Assembly (NCBI GenBank): GCA_003971905.1
Contig: RSEE01000009.1
Span: 310,001-374,000 of the forward strand
Source of the DNA: Moniliella sp. 'wahieum'
Lineage: Eukaryota
Length of the DNA stretch: 64,000 nucleotides
Direction of reading: 5' to 3'
Shown here: in pieces, positions 41,035-53,921 of the stretch
Numbering within the stretch: position 1 is the first letter of the stretch
Layout of the letters: every line of letters starts with the position of its first letter
Translations under genes and position numbers: made by a program
The notes under the pieces: model-generated
Database searches by the model: none
What the model was told of the DNA's origin: nothing
Seen by the model: only the letters and a program-made list of their open reading frames with translations

Positions 41035-44000
41035 TTATGGGTATGCGATGTCTCCCAGTATCGAGAGAGGGAGATCAGTCTGAGGCCCAAGCGGACTCGG
41101 GCCAGGCGAGAAGGGACAACCGAAACGGCAGAGACAGAAGAGACAGCACAAACAAAAAAATGAGACGGCAAAGACACAGTAGAGATAGAAAACAGGAACA
41201 AGACACGATGGAGAGCCACACCCAAGGTTTACTACTGCATCGTCGACACCGCCACGCTCGCCAAGGGAGCAGACTTCTTCCTGCCCGCAACGAGTGGGAG
41301 GGGGGGTCGCGTTGTCGCCTTGCCCTGGGAGGGAGGAAGAAGAAGAGCGAGGGACGGTGGATCCCCCGACTACGGGGTTGGGCGCGGCATACGTCTCCAA
41401 CGAGCCGGGCGCAGCCCAGCGTCGTTCCACGTACTTGTGAATCCAAAATAGATCCGCTTCCCGTTTCGGGCAAGATGGCCGCGAGGGAGACACGACCCAG
41501 TGGATAGAGTGGACGTTGCAGTGGGCGTAGCCGTAGCCAGTCCCTCTGTCTCGGGATGGTGCGCAAAGGCGATGATCCACCCCGATCGAAACCAGGGGAA
41601 GGGCAGGAGATGTCGTTCTCGTCCGTCCACGCACGGACGGAAACGCGGGCGGGGCGGGAAGAGAAGGGACCTCATTTCCATTCCCATCTTCGCGCGTGAT
41701 CTCAGTGGGTATTCCTTCACGCGCTCCCGCGCCACGCGGCGGCGCAAAGCCACTACCGTACACAGGCAGAATGTGCCCCCGTGACGATCGCGTAAGGTCC
41801 GTTTCACTTCCTGATCCAGAAGCGGTGTACCGCGGTGGGGCATCACAACCTCTCTCCTCTACCATCCCACGGTCAAGGGGAGGGGCAGACATGTCCTGGT
41901 CACGCTGATCGAGGCAGCACGGAGGGAGATGCTGATGATGTGGCGGTAGCATGGTTGTGGTGCAGAGAGGGCTTGGTTGCAACGCGAAGATTTGTGGGTT
42001 AGAGTGGGTTCCGATGTGGGTGCTGTCTCCCCCCTGCGGAGGAATAGGGCCGAGGCGGGGTCGAATCTGTTCCTGCTCCCATGGTGGATTGGGACCTTGC
42101 CACACTCGCACTGCGGGGGGGTAAAGAGGAGATGGGGATGTTCATAGCTTGGGCCACAACATGGGTCGCATGGGGTGACGGTGCATGACGGACAAAGTCG
42201 CCGGAAGCGAGTGTTCCCAATAGGCGTTGGCTCGTGCATTACCCCAGGCTCGCGCGGCGGCAGTTTGGGGCTCGTTCCAGGTATCAAAGTCGATGCTCTT
42301 GACCTTGCTTACGTGCACGCCCAAAGCACGGTGGACAGAAGTGCACTGGATGCACAAAATATACAGCAAGGTTGCTCAAATAAAGACCAAGATGCCCATC
42401 GCGGATCTACCAACGTATGCAAGAGTTAGCAATGGTGCGTCACGCACAAACATAGTGGCCAACGAGTCAGAAACGACGTACTGGGTGCATGGCAGTCCGC
42501 ACACATGCGGTTCTCGGGTAACTGGGCCAAGCCCTCACCTCGGCCACATAATTGACGGGGGGTGGTGTAGAGCTGGGGACGGCTGCGGTGGAAGAGAACG
42601 GTAAGGAAGGTGGGGCCGCAGCGGGATTCGTCAAGGCAGAAGGATTCTTGTGCTTAGGGTCGGCTCCTGCGGGCAGGGCATCACCAAAAGAGGTAGTGGA
42701 CACGTAAGAACCTGGAGCGATAGTGTCGGATGGCGCCGAGATTACATTTCCCGTCGATCCGGCCGTTGCGGTGGTGGTAGGAGGGAGGTCGGAGCTAGAC
42801 ATCGTATTCATGATGCTGGCGGAGCTCAGAGCGGGAGAGGAGGGGTCGCTGGTGGTTATGGACGAGCCAGGGTAGAATGACTTGCCCGCCGGGGTAGGCG
42901 ATCTGGCTAGATCGATAGCCGAAGCATTTCCTTCTCGCAAACTAGCGCTTCTTGACGCCTGGGTAGTGGCGTCCACGTCCACTTGCGCGGCGGAGGAGCC
43001 GGTACGACCCTCGTCCGGTATGGCCGATGTGTGAGAGGGCATGTGAAGCAGCGCATCGGCGATGCCTTCTCGGATAGCATGCACCCACTCTGCCAGGTCT
43101 GCCGGGTCGCGCGCGGTAACAAAGCGACGGTCGTTGAGAGAGACCAACTCAAACACATTGTCCCGGCCACGATGGCTGTTCCCACTGCTTGCCCCACGCA
43201 GGAAGGGGAAAAACTTGTGGCTGTGGTATTCTTGTCCCCGTTGATGCACACATACCGCTTGTAGGAGATGCAGCGGCAGTCCGGCCGAAAACGGGGCTTC
43301 GGCGTTGGAAGTGTCGTGGTGGGCAGATGGGAAGAAACAGAATCCAAACCAACAGGGTTGGAAGTTGAATCAGAATTTGAGGGAAGGGGACCCAGGCCGG
43401 CTGTACCTGGACCACCAACGCCTCGGCCCATCAAGTTGGTCGTCAAACTGTGTTGAGAACCTGCCGCGCCAGCAGGTACCCCAGGGATCCGGATCGTGGT
43501 CATAATCAGGGGAGCTCATGAACCATTACCGCTGCTTCCGCGCCAGGGCTATACGCTTTCCCACCATTCGACTTGGATCCCTGGGCACTGGGTTCGGGCA
43601 CCGCGCTTTTCCTTTCCTCGGCCGATGGGGAACGGTCGAGGCCTGTGTAGATCAACACTGATTCTGCGCCCACTTCCATCCAGCAGGGCCGCCAGGTGGA
43701 AGCCTTGAACAGCTCGCTGGGGTAATCCTTGTTGCTGCGAAGAGTCATCCGTCCATTTCCTACTGGCATTTTCATCTTGCGCGAGACGAGCATCACACCA
43801 CGCTTCGCCCCCAGTATGGGGATGGGTAGGGCGGAACCATGTGGGTAGCGTCCTTGGCCGACGACCTGGGCAGTCGGAACGACGTGCGGGGGTGGGGGAT
43901 CAGGTAAAGTAGGTGGGCCCGGTCGGAGGGTTGTCGACGAAGTATGCGAGAAGCGGGTCGGGGAGGAGGGCGCGTGAGAGCAGGGCAGGGAGCGCGAGGT

Positions 44001-44627
44001 TGGAGGGGACTCGACGGTGGTTGTGGCAGTGGCAACGGGGGCTGGAGAGCGATGCCGGAGCCAAGGGCGGAAGCGCCAACGGGCCATCACGGCTGGCAGC
44101 CCGAAAGACGAAGGCTGACGAGGGAAGCGGAGCGCAGGGAGGCTGCGGTGCCGTACTCGGAATCGGCATGGGACGCATAGGAAGACCGTCGGAACGGACG
44201 CGGCCTGGGGAACAAGAGGCGGGGAGGGTCGCGGTGTGTCGGAGGAGCGGCGGAGACCAAAGCGCCCCAAGGGGGCATGGGGCCCGGAGCGGGGCAGGCC
44301 AAGGTGGGGGGAGCTTGCGGGTGCGTTTGGGTGGGGGGGGGTAGGCGGGAGTGGAGGAAGGGGGAAGGGATCGGCCAGGACCTCGGTGGCTTCGGGGGGT
44401 GAGTAAGGGCGGGGGGGAGAGAGGGGGCCGAGGCCGAGGCCGAGGGGGTGTGCATGGACAGAAGGGGGGGGGGGGGGGAGTCGGCGGAGAGGGTGGTGGA
44501 GCCGGGGGAGGGAGAGCTGGAGTCGATGGTGGGAGGGAGGGAGGAGGAGGGCTGCGTACCTAGGCAGCTGCCGGCCGCGTGCAGGCATCAGGCATGAGGC
44601 GGGAGAGGTGACCGGTGACATGAGCAC
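41035..44627 (-). CDS. PH-domain plus ArfGAP-domain protein (ends approximate)
   Basis: PH: RDNVFELVSLNDRRFVTARDPADLAEWVHAIREGI. ArfGAP: LCIQCTSVHRALGVHVSKVKSIDFDTW..AWGNARANAYWE, and later WIHKYVERRW. Many indels. Confidence 0.82.
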
Positions 44628-45758
44628 CGAGTAGCATTAATGATGGGCGTCGCAAGCAGCCCCCGCGCCCAGCCAGCGCCACCGCGCCAGTGCCGAGGCC
44701 CGCCCCGATGGGATGCATGGCGTGGGATGGCGTGGGCTGGCACGGGACAGCACTGGCCCACCCCCGGCCGGGCACTGCAGGGCACGCGGATGCCACTCGA
44801 CGGCCCGCAGCACGCATGCTCCAGCATGCTCCTGCCGCGGCGTCCTCGACGGCATCCACATGCTTGGGCGCTGCCCCCGTGCTACGCCCTCGCGCCACCG
44901 CCCCCTGGGCGTGGCCCAGTGCGTCGGCGTGGCTGCCCCGAGCGCCCAGTGCCTATCGCTGCGTTCCCTTGCGATTCCGGGTGGCGCATGAACAGTGCCC
45001 CCTGCGCCCCGTGCGCCCCGCGACCCACATGCATTGGTCTGTGATGATCGATCATCGATGGGCACCGATCAGGTCGGTCATCGATCACGTGCAGAAGACA
45101 TTCCAGCGTCAAGCTCCCAAGAGGAAGAAAATGGGAAAAGTGAAAAGTACCTCTCATCCACTCTCCTCCTCCACCGCCCCGGGTCTGTACCACAGTCCCC
45201 GTGTGACTTGTAACTAGCCACTTCAGATCTTCAGAGCAGACCGACGAAGATGGGTCCACATCCCATCCTTGCTGTGATACCGCCCGGCTCACGCAAACAG
45301 CACTCCGGCATCAAGACGGGCCCAGAATGATAAGCGTAGCAGAGACTAGAAAACATATATAGGTGTGATAGCACTCTGCACAGTAAGTGCAAGTACGCAC
45401 ACGGCACTAAGTCGCTGGGACTGGGAGGCCCGGAAGAATGAAGAACTTGGTAGAGATGAAAGCGGTGGATGTGGGGAGAAGGAGGTCTCCTTTTTAGTAT
45501 CACAATTAGACGACATCACCTTTTTTGTAGAGAAAAACGAGCCAATTGTCAATTCATTCAAAAATATATAGTAGGTGCGATATATGGTGGAGAAGAGACA
45601 AAGGCAAAGAAGAGACGGAATCGATCTGACGGAGGAGAGGAAAAGCTCAGAGGAACTCTGTACAGTAGCTCACTAAAGAAACAATAAATGGCAACACTCA
45701 GCGGGGAAACTTTGGTAATATAGTATGGCCCAGAAATGGAGGGAAAATGAGGACTTCT

Positions 45759-46004
45759 TGTTAGTCTATAGGGGCCGGACGGGCAGAAAGATGAGGAAAG
45801 GTGATGTACTAGAACCAGAGTTGGGTCTGGGTACAGAGGCAGCTATATAGGAGGCCGGACTAGGCACAGGGTCAGTGGTTCAAACAGGATAGTAGAATGC
45901 TGGGCACAGGGACAGTGACATGCTGGGACACCTGCAGCGTGGAAGCCAATGGAACCGAAGCGAACTTGGTTTACCGACTGGGAGTCGGAGGATCACAGTC
46001 AACA
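45759..46004 (-). mobile_element. Solo LTR, family A (diverged relative of the 22307-23689 LTRs)
   Basis: Reverse complement of the family A LTR, TGTTAG...TCAACA, flanked by a perfect 5-bp TSD CTTCT (45754-45758 and 46005-46009). Confidence 0.92.
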
Positions 46005-46223
46005 CTTCTCAAACGAATCGATTCGTGCGTGGGGGATTTGAACACCAACGAGCGTCTGCCGTGGATCCTTTTCATATCCGCCATTTTCGTCTGCTACTCC
46101 TGTTTTCCGAGGAAAAGTCCTCCCATTGTACTGTCTCTTCTCTCCATACTGCAGTGCGACCATCAGGTATCCTCTCTGTATATCATGAAGACACACCATG
46201 TAATGGCCCGTGCATATCACAAG

Positions 46224-46456
46224 TGATGAGACCTGGAGTCCAGATGGTCCTCGAGGGTGATGCAATCGCACTAGTGGTGGTGGTGGTGGTCTAAGCCAAC
46301 CAGCAACGCCTACTGAGGAACATCAGGCAGCGAGTCGCCACCAGGGGCTAAGCTGCGGAACAAGGAAAAACAGGAGAGAGAAAAAACAACGGAACTCCTA
46401 GGCCTGAGGAGGAACTGAAGGGACATTGGCCAAAGCACGAGCCACCTGGCTCAACA
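46224..46456. mobile_element. Solo LTR, family B
   Basis: TGATGAG...CTCAACA termini, 233 bp, perfect 5-bp TSD ACAAG (46219-46223 and 46457-46461). A second copy lies at 1-159. Confidence 0.9.
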
Positions 46457-47213
46457 ACAAGTTCCCTCCACTTTCCTTATGGGGGGGCGGCCCTAAAGGC
46501 TAGTCATCAACACTACTTTTTTAACTTATTATTTGTGGCCTCTTATTTCTCTCTACCTGTGCGCTATATACTATCCATTTCTTCTCCGTCGGTTCCTTTG
46601 CGCCCGCATCCATGATCTGCTGGCGAATCCCTGGTTCTCTAAACGGTTTTTTGGCGCCAACAAAAAGCAACACACGCCCGGGATGAGTAGGTCAGTTTAT
46701 CTTTGTCCCAACTTTAGTAAACACTGTCAATGACATGGTTACCCAATATAGAGAGTATGCCTCTTTTTTCGTACAATATATTCTCTTAGACCACATTAGT
46801 ACTATCGCGCAGTGTAAAAGCGGTTTAGCAGGGTTCCTCAGCTCTCAGCCTGTAAGAAGGCCTCGCTGAGGTCTGATAGTCAGAGGAGGTCTCTACTGTG
46901 ACTTGGACGGATGCCTGAGCGCCTGATGTAAGGGTCCAAGATCGAGGCTATAGTCTGAGAAATTCTAAGGAGGGTGGGATGGTCTAGGGAAAAGGTCAGC
47001 GGGATATGGGTATGAGTGGGATATTTGATGGTCGAGATGGTCAAGAACTGCAATGGTTTTGACAACTATCCTATAGGGACGTGCTGACCCTGAATCACCA
47101 GCTCTTTCCTGCCTTCACCGCGCTGATCGCACCAGTCTTCGCACCAATCTTCTGGATGATTCAGTCGCAGAAGCTTCGTCCGATCCGTTCAGCCCTCCTG
47201 AGGGCAGTATAGC

Positions 47214-48270
47214 CATGTCACGGGGCGGAGCCCGCCAGGGGACTCTCCCGGGGTTTGGGGGTACGATACCTTAGGAACGGTAGGTCGACTCACAGTAGGT
47301 TCGGGCTTGGGCTAGTTGGTGGATCTGAGCGGAGCTAGGGATGAGGAGAGGCCTTTTGATGGGACGGCTGCACGTGTGGCAAGGCTGCGTCTGCACCGGC
47401 TTGAGTGTGCCGTATAGTAACGTGTTTGAAGCCTCCGGGACTTAGGGACGGGAGGAGGCAGTGGCGGTCAAACACTGCCTCAACTGAGAGCGGATAGAGA
47501 CTGGAAATCGACGCGGCTATTAGTCTGATGGTGTTGGAGGACGAGGTCGGCAGAGGGAGCGGGAGCTACGAGGGGATGAGGCCGCCTGTACTGGATCAGG
47601 TGGCTGGAAAACGGACAGGATCGGACATGATAGGCGGGAGGGGGCGAGGGTGGAGATGAGAGATGACGAGAATGGAAGGTCGAGGAAAGAATTCCGATCA
47701 ACCAGGGTACAGGCAAGATCAAAAGGGAAACGGATACAAGAGAGGGTGTAGAAAAGAAGACACGTCAAAAGAGGGGTTGTGGTCGCCGCAGGCGCGACCG
47801 AGAAAGGAAAAGGAGAAACGGGGACAGATGCGACAGTCGTCGCAAAGACGCTGGGAGCTCCCCGTGGCCTTATTTAAGCCAGCCGACTTGGACTTAGGTG
47901 GGGGGCGACTATTGTCGCGCGGATGCATATGGCCCTTCGGGCCACCGTACCTAATTTAACCACAACCATCATCACACTTGGTTGGCCTGCGGAGCACGCT
48001 CTATATTGGGCACAAGGAGGACACCGTGCCTACGGCACGGTCGGCTGGGGCTTCGCCCCAGCTGTGCTGCGTCGCCACCTTAGCCACCGTTCCCCCTTCG
48101 CCACCGTAGCCACCGTTCCCCCTTCGCCACCGTAGCCACCGTTCCACCGTCGCCAACACCGACATAGAGAAATAATATCACCGATGCGTGCTGCTGGCTG
48201 TGGGTGGGGGATGGTGTGGGGGTGGCGTGGAACGTGGCACGGGCAGCTGATGTAAAAAGTGCACAGGGCG
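47214..48270 (-). pseudogene. Small intron-containing gene or pseudogene with upstream region, paralogous to 26870-28265
   Basis: TATA-like GCTTAAATAAG at about 47869-47879 (-), ATG at about 47628 (MSDPVRF), GTGAGT donor at about 47293, and shared blocks with the 27-28 kb copy. Confidence 0.55.
48074..48148. repeat. 26-bp tandem repeat, about 3 copies
   Basis: GCCACCGTAGCCACCGTTCCCCCTTC at 48074, 48100 and 48126 (partial). Single related units occur at about 28024 and 28172. Confidence 0.9.
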
Positions 48271-50349
48271 AATGGAGGAATATATAACTTGGGATTAGGG
48301 ATGTGCGAAGCCGGCGGGCCTTCGCTTGAATAGAACCATCTGGTGTCCACCGTAGAGCGCAAAGCCGGGCTGACGTGCATGACACCACAAGTATTCGCGA
48401 AAAGGCGCTTTTGCCAAAAAAAACCACCCACACCCGTGCACACACAAATACAAAAAATGACATCAACAAACTCGGAAATGTGATCGGTGAAGGTAGTGAA
48501 GTCTTTTACCAAATAACAGCTAGCTAGTCTGCAGCTGCAAACAAAACCGACAAAAAGGATGGGAGTTCTAAGGGCAGGACACCAGGACCCGCGGTCACGC
48601 GATCACGGGGAGCGCGCGCTTCCAGGCCAGGTCACCGGTCTCACTAGTCAGCTAGTCAGGCCTGAGGCGCTGAGGCCTGTTGGCCGCCTGAGGTGACCTC
48701 AGGCTATTATTAGTCACTAGTCACCAGTCACTAGTCACTCACCTCAGGCTGACCTCAGGCCGGCAGGATTCTCCCTAGGCCTTCTCAGATCTGTAATCGG
48801 GGCCTCAGGCCTCAGGGGCTATGACTGTCGCATGATCCACAGGCAAAGGTGTCCCAGGTCACCGGTTCCCCTCAGCGCTTCCGCGTCACCCCCTCCGGCC
48901 TGAGCCTCAGGGCCTACTGGTAAGGGCATCAGATCGACTTTAGACCTGCCATGTGACACCAAACAAAACATGCCCGCCACCACAACCACCACACCAGACC
49001 GCACCTCCGCTTCCCCTACCATTATGCATACAATGCATGATGAACTACTAGTTACTAGTTACTAAAAAATATTGTCCTTGGTCGCGGCACCTAGCTTAAG
49101 GAGCTTGAGGGGCGGGCCGTAGTACTCAGTTACGACTTAGGACTAACGAAACCCCCTTGAGCGAGTGGCCTGGTTTTGCTTATTGTGGGAAAGGAATAAG
49201 GGGGGGGGGGACATGTGACATGTGAAGAGGCCCAAAGAGCTATTGCTGTGGGCTTGTAAGCGCTGAGCCCAGCGATCGGGAAACGGGTTGGTTGGTCAAA
49301 AGGATGGTCGATGGGGGGGGTCTGGGGGTTCTTGCGCGGCTGAAAAGAACCGAGCGAAAGGGGGGGCGATCGATATGTAAGCAGTGTGGACCCTACTTGC
49401 CCTAACCTACCCAGTAAACATTGGTAACGTGTAAACAGAGGCACAGAGCTAGCGCAGGCCAGCGCTTTGCTGGTGGGGTTGCCCAGTCACGCGCACGGTC
49501 ACGCGATCGTCAAGGGTCGCCTGTCGCCGGTCTCGATCATTGCATGCGCCACGCGTCACACGTCAGGCTTCAGCGCGCCAGGCCTCAGGTCGCTCTCGGG
49601 GGGACTGGAGGAGGGCGGTGTAGTCTGGCGCTAATTTCAAAGTGTGTGGCGCACCCACCCGCGCCCTGGCGGGGTTTCAGGCAGGGGTAGATCTGCGGCG
49701 GTGACCGGTGACATGTGACAGTGACAGTGACTAGTGACATGTGACATGTCAGCATGTCGGGGAGTAGAGGCACTCAGGCGCTCAGGCCAGCGCCTCGGGC
49801 CAGGGGGCGTGGGAGGGTGTGAACGTCGGCCGAGGGCGCGTGCCGTCAGTGTGGGGCATGGGGTGCGTTGGACGCTGGGTGGCCTGCAGGCGGCACGCCG
49901 CATGGCGCTTGTGCCGACTGGCGCAGCAGCCCTGGCGCCAGCCCCCGCCCACTGTGCTCTGCGGCCTGCCGGGGGGGGGGCTGAGGTCTGAGACTCAGAT
50001 CTGAGTCTGAGGCAGCACCTTGCATCATGCATTCTGCATCATGCGTCGGCTGCCTCCCCCGTCCAACGTCCAACGTACTATAGCGTCCAGGCTGCTGCCC
50101 CGGCTGCCCCCCTGCCCAGGCACGGGAGTGCCCTGGCGCTTTGTGTTCTGCGGCTCGGCTTTGTCAGGCCCAGCGGTGATGTCTGTGGCATATGCATGGC
50201 ATGCTGCGATCAGCGCAGCAACGCTCTGTCGCTCAGCTCGCACGTCTTGATCTTCACTGGTCACCTCGACTGCTCAACGCCAACCCACACACCGTGCAAG
50301 AGGCCGTGCACGGTCTGCCCCACGCAGTGGGCCTGGCCCAAAGCCGCAT

Positions 50350-53300
50350 TTGATTCCCCTCCTTCTGCCCGTCCACCTCCTCCCACAGCATCCCCTCCGT
50401 ACGCCTCAATCGCGCCCTGTCGCTCGCCTGAGTGCGCCCCCCTCCCCTCCCCCGGCCCGCGTGCGGGAGACCTCGTCGATTGCCATGGGGTCCCATCCGA
50501 CATCGGGCCATCGGATGCTCAACCAGTACCTCCTTCTCTCCGAACTGGGACGGGGCGTCCATGGCCGCGTCCGCATGGCCCGCGACACCACCACCGGCAC
50601 AACCGCTGCCATCAAGATTGTCAACCGTTCCTCCCCCCGTCTTGGCAGCGACCACGTCCTACGTCGTCTCCCCGTCAGCCGTACGCCCGGGGCTCCACCT
50701 CCGCTGCCTGCTCTGCCCACCCCGCCCCTGCTCCTCGCGCGACGGACGATAAAGTCCTTCGCGAACTAGCTATCCTTCGCAAGTGTTCCAGCCAATTCAT
50801 TGTCCGTCTTCTCGAAGTGATGGACGATCCCCAGAGCAAGAAAATCTTCATGGTACGTGTCCCCCTTCCTGGGGTGGGTTTCAATTGAAGAAGTACTGAC
50901 CTTCTTTGTTGCAACGTAACATCTTCCCTCTCGTTCAACAATACCTTGAAAAGTGATGGAATACTTATCGGGCGGCGAAGTGTGCTGGCGTGAGACAACT
51001 GGTCACCCGCTTTTGCCAGTGGAAACGGTGCGGCAGATCGGGAGGGATGTTGTGTGGGCTGCAGTACCTGCATTACAATGGTATCATCCACGGGACCTCA
51101 CCGGACCTCAAGCCAATCTACTCTGGACCGACGCCCGTCGTACTCACGTCAAGATCTCTGACTTTGGTGTGAGTCACTTTAGTGCGCCCCTGTTCAGCGC
51201 GGCCGTGGGCAGTCACTAGAGTACGACGAGATGGCCGAGCCTCTTTTGGTGAGCAATCCAGTGTCAACACACACACATCTCGATGCGGCCGACCAGCAAG
51301 AATTGTCGCGCACCGCGGGCACGCCTGCATTTTTGGCGCCGGAACTGTGCTTGACTGGTGCGTGTCCGTTGAGCACGCAACAGTGCCATGCTTTGGGTGC
51401 CCTTGCTCCTCCCGAGTCCGAACCCAGGCCAAGCTGTCGGGAACAGCCGCCTCGAATCAGCGAGGCGATCGATATTTGGGCCTTGGGCGTGACGTTGTAC
51501 TGCTTGCTCTTTGCTACCCTCCCCTTTGACTCGGCCAGTGAGTTGGGCTGTTTTCAGTGATTCCATGGTACGATTATGCCATTCCTTCCACCATGGGAGC
51601 TGATCAGGTCCTTGTGGGGCCCCGCGCACGCAGATGGGATGCGAGCCGGGTCCAATCGGCCGTTGAAGAACAAGAACGCGTGTCCTCCATCAGCATCAGC
51701 CGCTACGCGCAACTACAGGACCGACCCTGGGGCTTCCCTCCGTCGCCAACGATGATGCAAGTGTTGGAGAATGAGGAGGAGGATGTGGACCAGGGGAGAT
51801 TGGGTCAAGATGCGCGTGCGCTTTGGACCCTGCTTGATGGGTTGCTGAGAAAAGGATCCGGACGCTCGCATGCCACTTGACCAGATCAAATCCCATCCTT
51901 GGATTACTCTGGTATGGCCAATCCTACCGTTTGGCTGACGCCACCGACCCGGGGCTCGATCCGTATGTACCCATTTACACCTCCGACGCGCCGCCCCCCA
52001 CCAGGCGATCAAGGCGGCCCACCCTTCTCTGCGGATTGGGAAAAAGAGCGTGTCGACAAGCAAGCTGCGCGCGTTGAGCTTCAATGGTCAAACCCACCGT
52101 CCTACCCTATCTTTGGGCTTGAACTCCAGCCCGGCTTGGAAGAACATGGACATTCCAACCGGCTCACGCTCCCGGGCGGAATCACAAGGGTCCATTCAGT
52201 TGGGCGCGTTGGTCAAGAGCCAACTGGTCCGGATGCGGTCGTACAGTAAAGGACGTTCTGCTACGTCCGCATCAGTGGGACCAGCAGAGTCGACCCAGGT
52301 GCTAGACGCACTGCCACTACGCTCACGGTTAGATGAGCCGAATACCATCTCTATGGGTACAGCAGCCTCCGGAAATAACGCCACTTCTTCACGACCATTC
52401 GAGTCGCTTCCTTCGCGTGGGAAAGCGGGACGACCGGCTCTCCAGTCCCTTTTCCCCGACCCCATTCGTACTTCTAGCCCGTCCCCACTGCCTTTGTCTT
52501 CCCAACGCGATGACTGCCGCCTCTCTCTCACCTGATGGTAACTGCACCACTCTTCCACCGCATTCCTCCACACAACCCTCCACACAACCTTCGCCCCAGT
52601 TGGAAACCGCCCCCATCGGCTCCGACCCAAGTTCCGCCTCGTATCTCTCGGATGAAAGTGCGATCACCACCACCCCCTGTTCCATCACCAGTTCATCCCA
52701 TTCCGACAGCAAGAACGATCCCAAGCGGTCCCTTGCCTCTTTGATTCCTGCACGTCTCCGACAGTTGACTCGACCCAACTCCAACTCGTCTCTTCGGCTT
52801 GCTGGGCGCGTACGTCGAACGTCGGTCGACACGCCCGCTCAGTCGTCGCCCAAATCTTCCTTCCACGGCCATATTGGAGATCCGACCACGACCCAGGATC
52901 CCCCTCTGGTGGAAAAGGGTGGTCGGAGGCTCAAATTGCACATTATGCGCCATGTCCACTCGGCCCGCTCGTTGCGACCTTTCCCCGAGAAGACGCAGGA
53001 TGCCCAAGAGCTGCTGCCTACTGCAACCCCCTCCCACACCACGCCTCGTTCACTTAAGACCTCATGCGCTACGCCCGTGCCAGATCAGGGAGAACTTGAC
53101 ACCGTTCCACTGGAGTCCTCTGCTTCTCCTCGTCCTGACCCCTGCTCTGCTCCGCCGTCCCCAGCACTGACATCACCATCACCCGTGGGGAACCTGCTTC
53201 CGGCTCACCTCCCCTGCTCGACATCACCACGACCCAACCCGCACTCTCACCTACCCGTACATCCACCCCCCCGGCTACGATCCCATTCCCACCTCGATCC

Positions 53301-53921
53301 TACATATCGCCTACTCGGGGCGGTGGTACGCCCCCAGCTTCGCCCCCGCCTCTGGACAGTGGTGCGTTTGACGATGCAGAGGAATACGGCCAACGTAGGT
53401 CGGAGGACCGAGAGAGTCAGTTTGCCGATGCGGACGAAGACCCCGAGTATAACAACTACGGAACTATGTGGCCGGGGTTCAGTTTCCGTGCGCATCCGGC
53501 TTCTTTGTTCCGCCGTCGCGCTCGGGTTTTGTCGCCCGAAGGGTCGGCAGCTTCTCTTCCGTCGGCGTCGGCCTGCGCGTCGCTGTCGGGGTCTGGGCTC
53601 GGGCTAAGCTCAACGTTGGGATCTACGTTATTGGGATTAGGATCGGCTCCGGGATCGGCCTCGGGTTCGGTCTCGGGTGGCAGCCTGCGGTCGACTCCGC
53701 TGTTGGGCTCGGGTGTATCCCAGTCGACTTGCCTCACCGCCACCACTACCACGGGCTCCTACTCCCGCTCGCCATGCCATACCCTTGCTTCGGGGATGGG
53801 GCCAGGATGGGATCATCACGCGCTCGGGACCGAGCTGTCGCCTTCGACGGGCCCTGTGTCCTCGGTCCCGGGTGTGCGCACGTCTCCCTCCCTCCTCCCC
53901 CCCGTACGCCGTCGGGGTTGA
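50350..53921 (+). CDS. CAMKK-family Ser/Thr kinase (Sak1/Tos3/Ssp1-like) with a long low-complexity tail; start approximate
   Basis: VRETSS..GHRMLNQYLLLSELGRGVHGRVRMARD, RELAILRKC..IVRLLEVMDDPQSKKIFM, intron, MEYLSGGEV.W, LQYLHYNGIIH, VKISDFGVSHFS, ELSRTAGTPAFLAPELC, IDIWALGVTLYCLLF. Confidence 0.9.
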
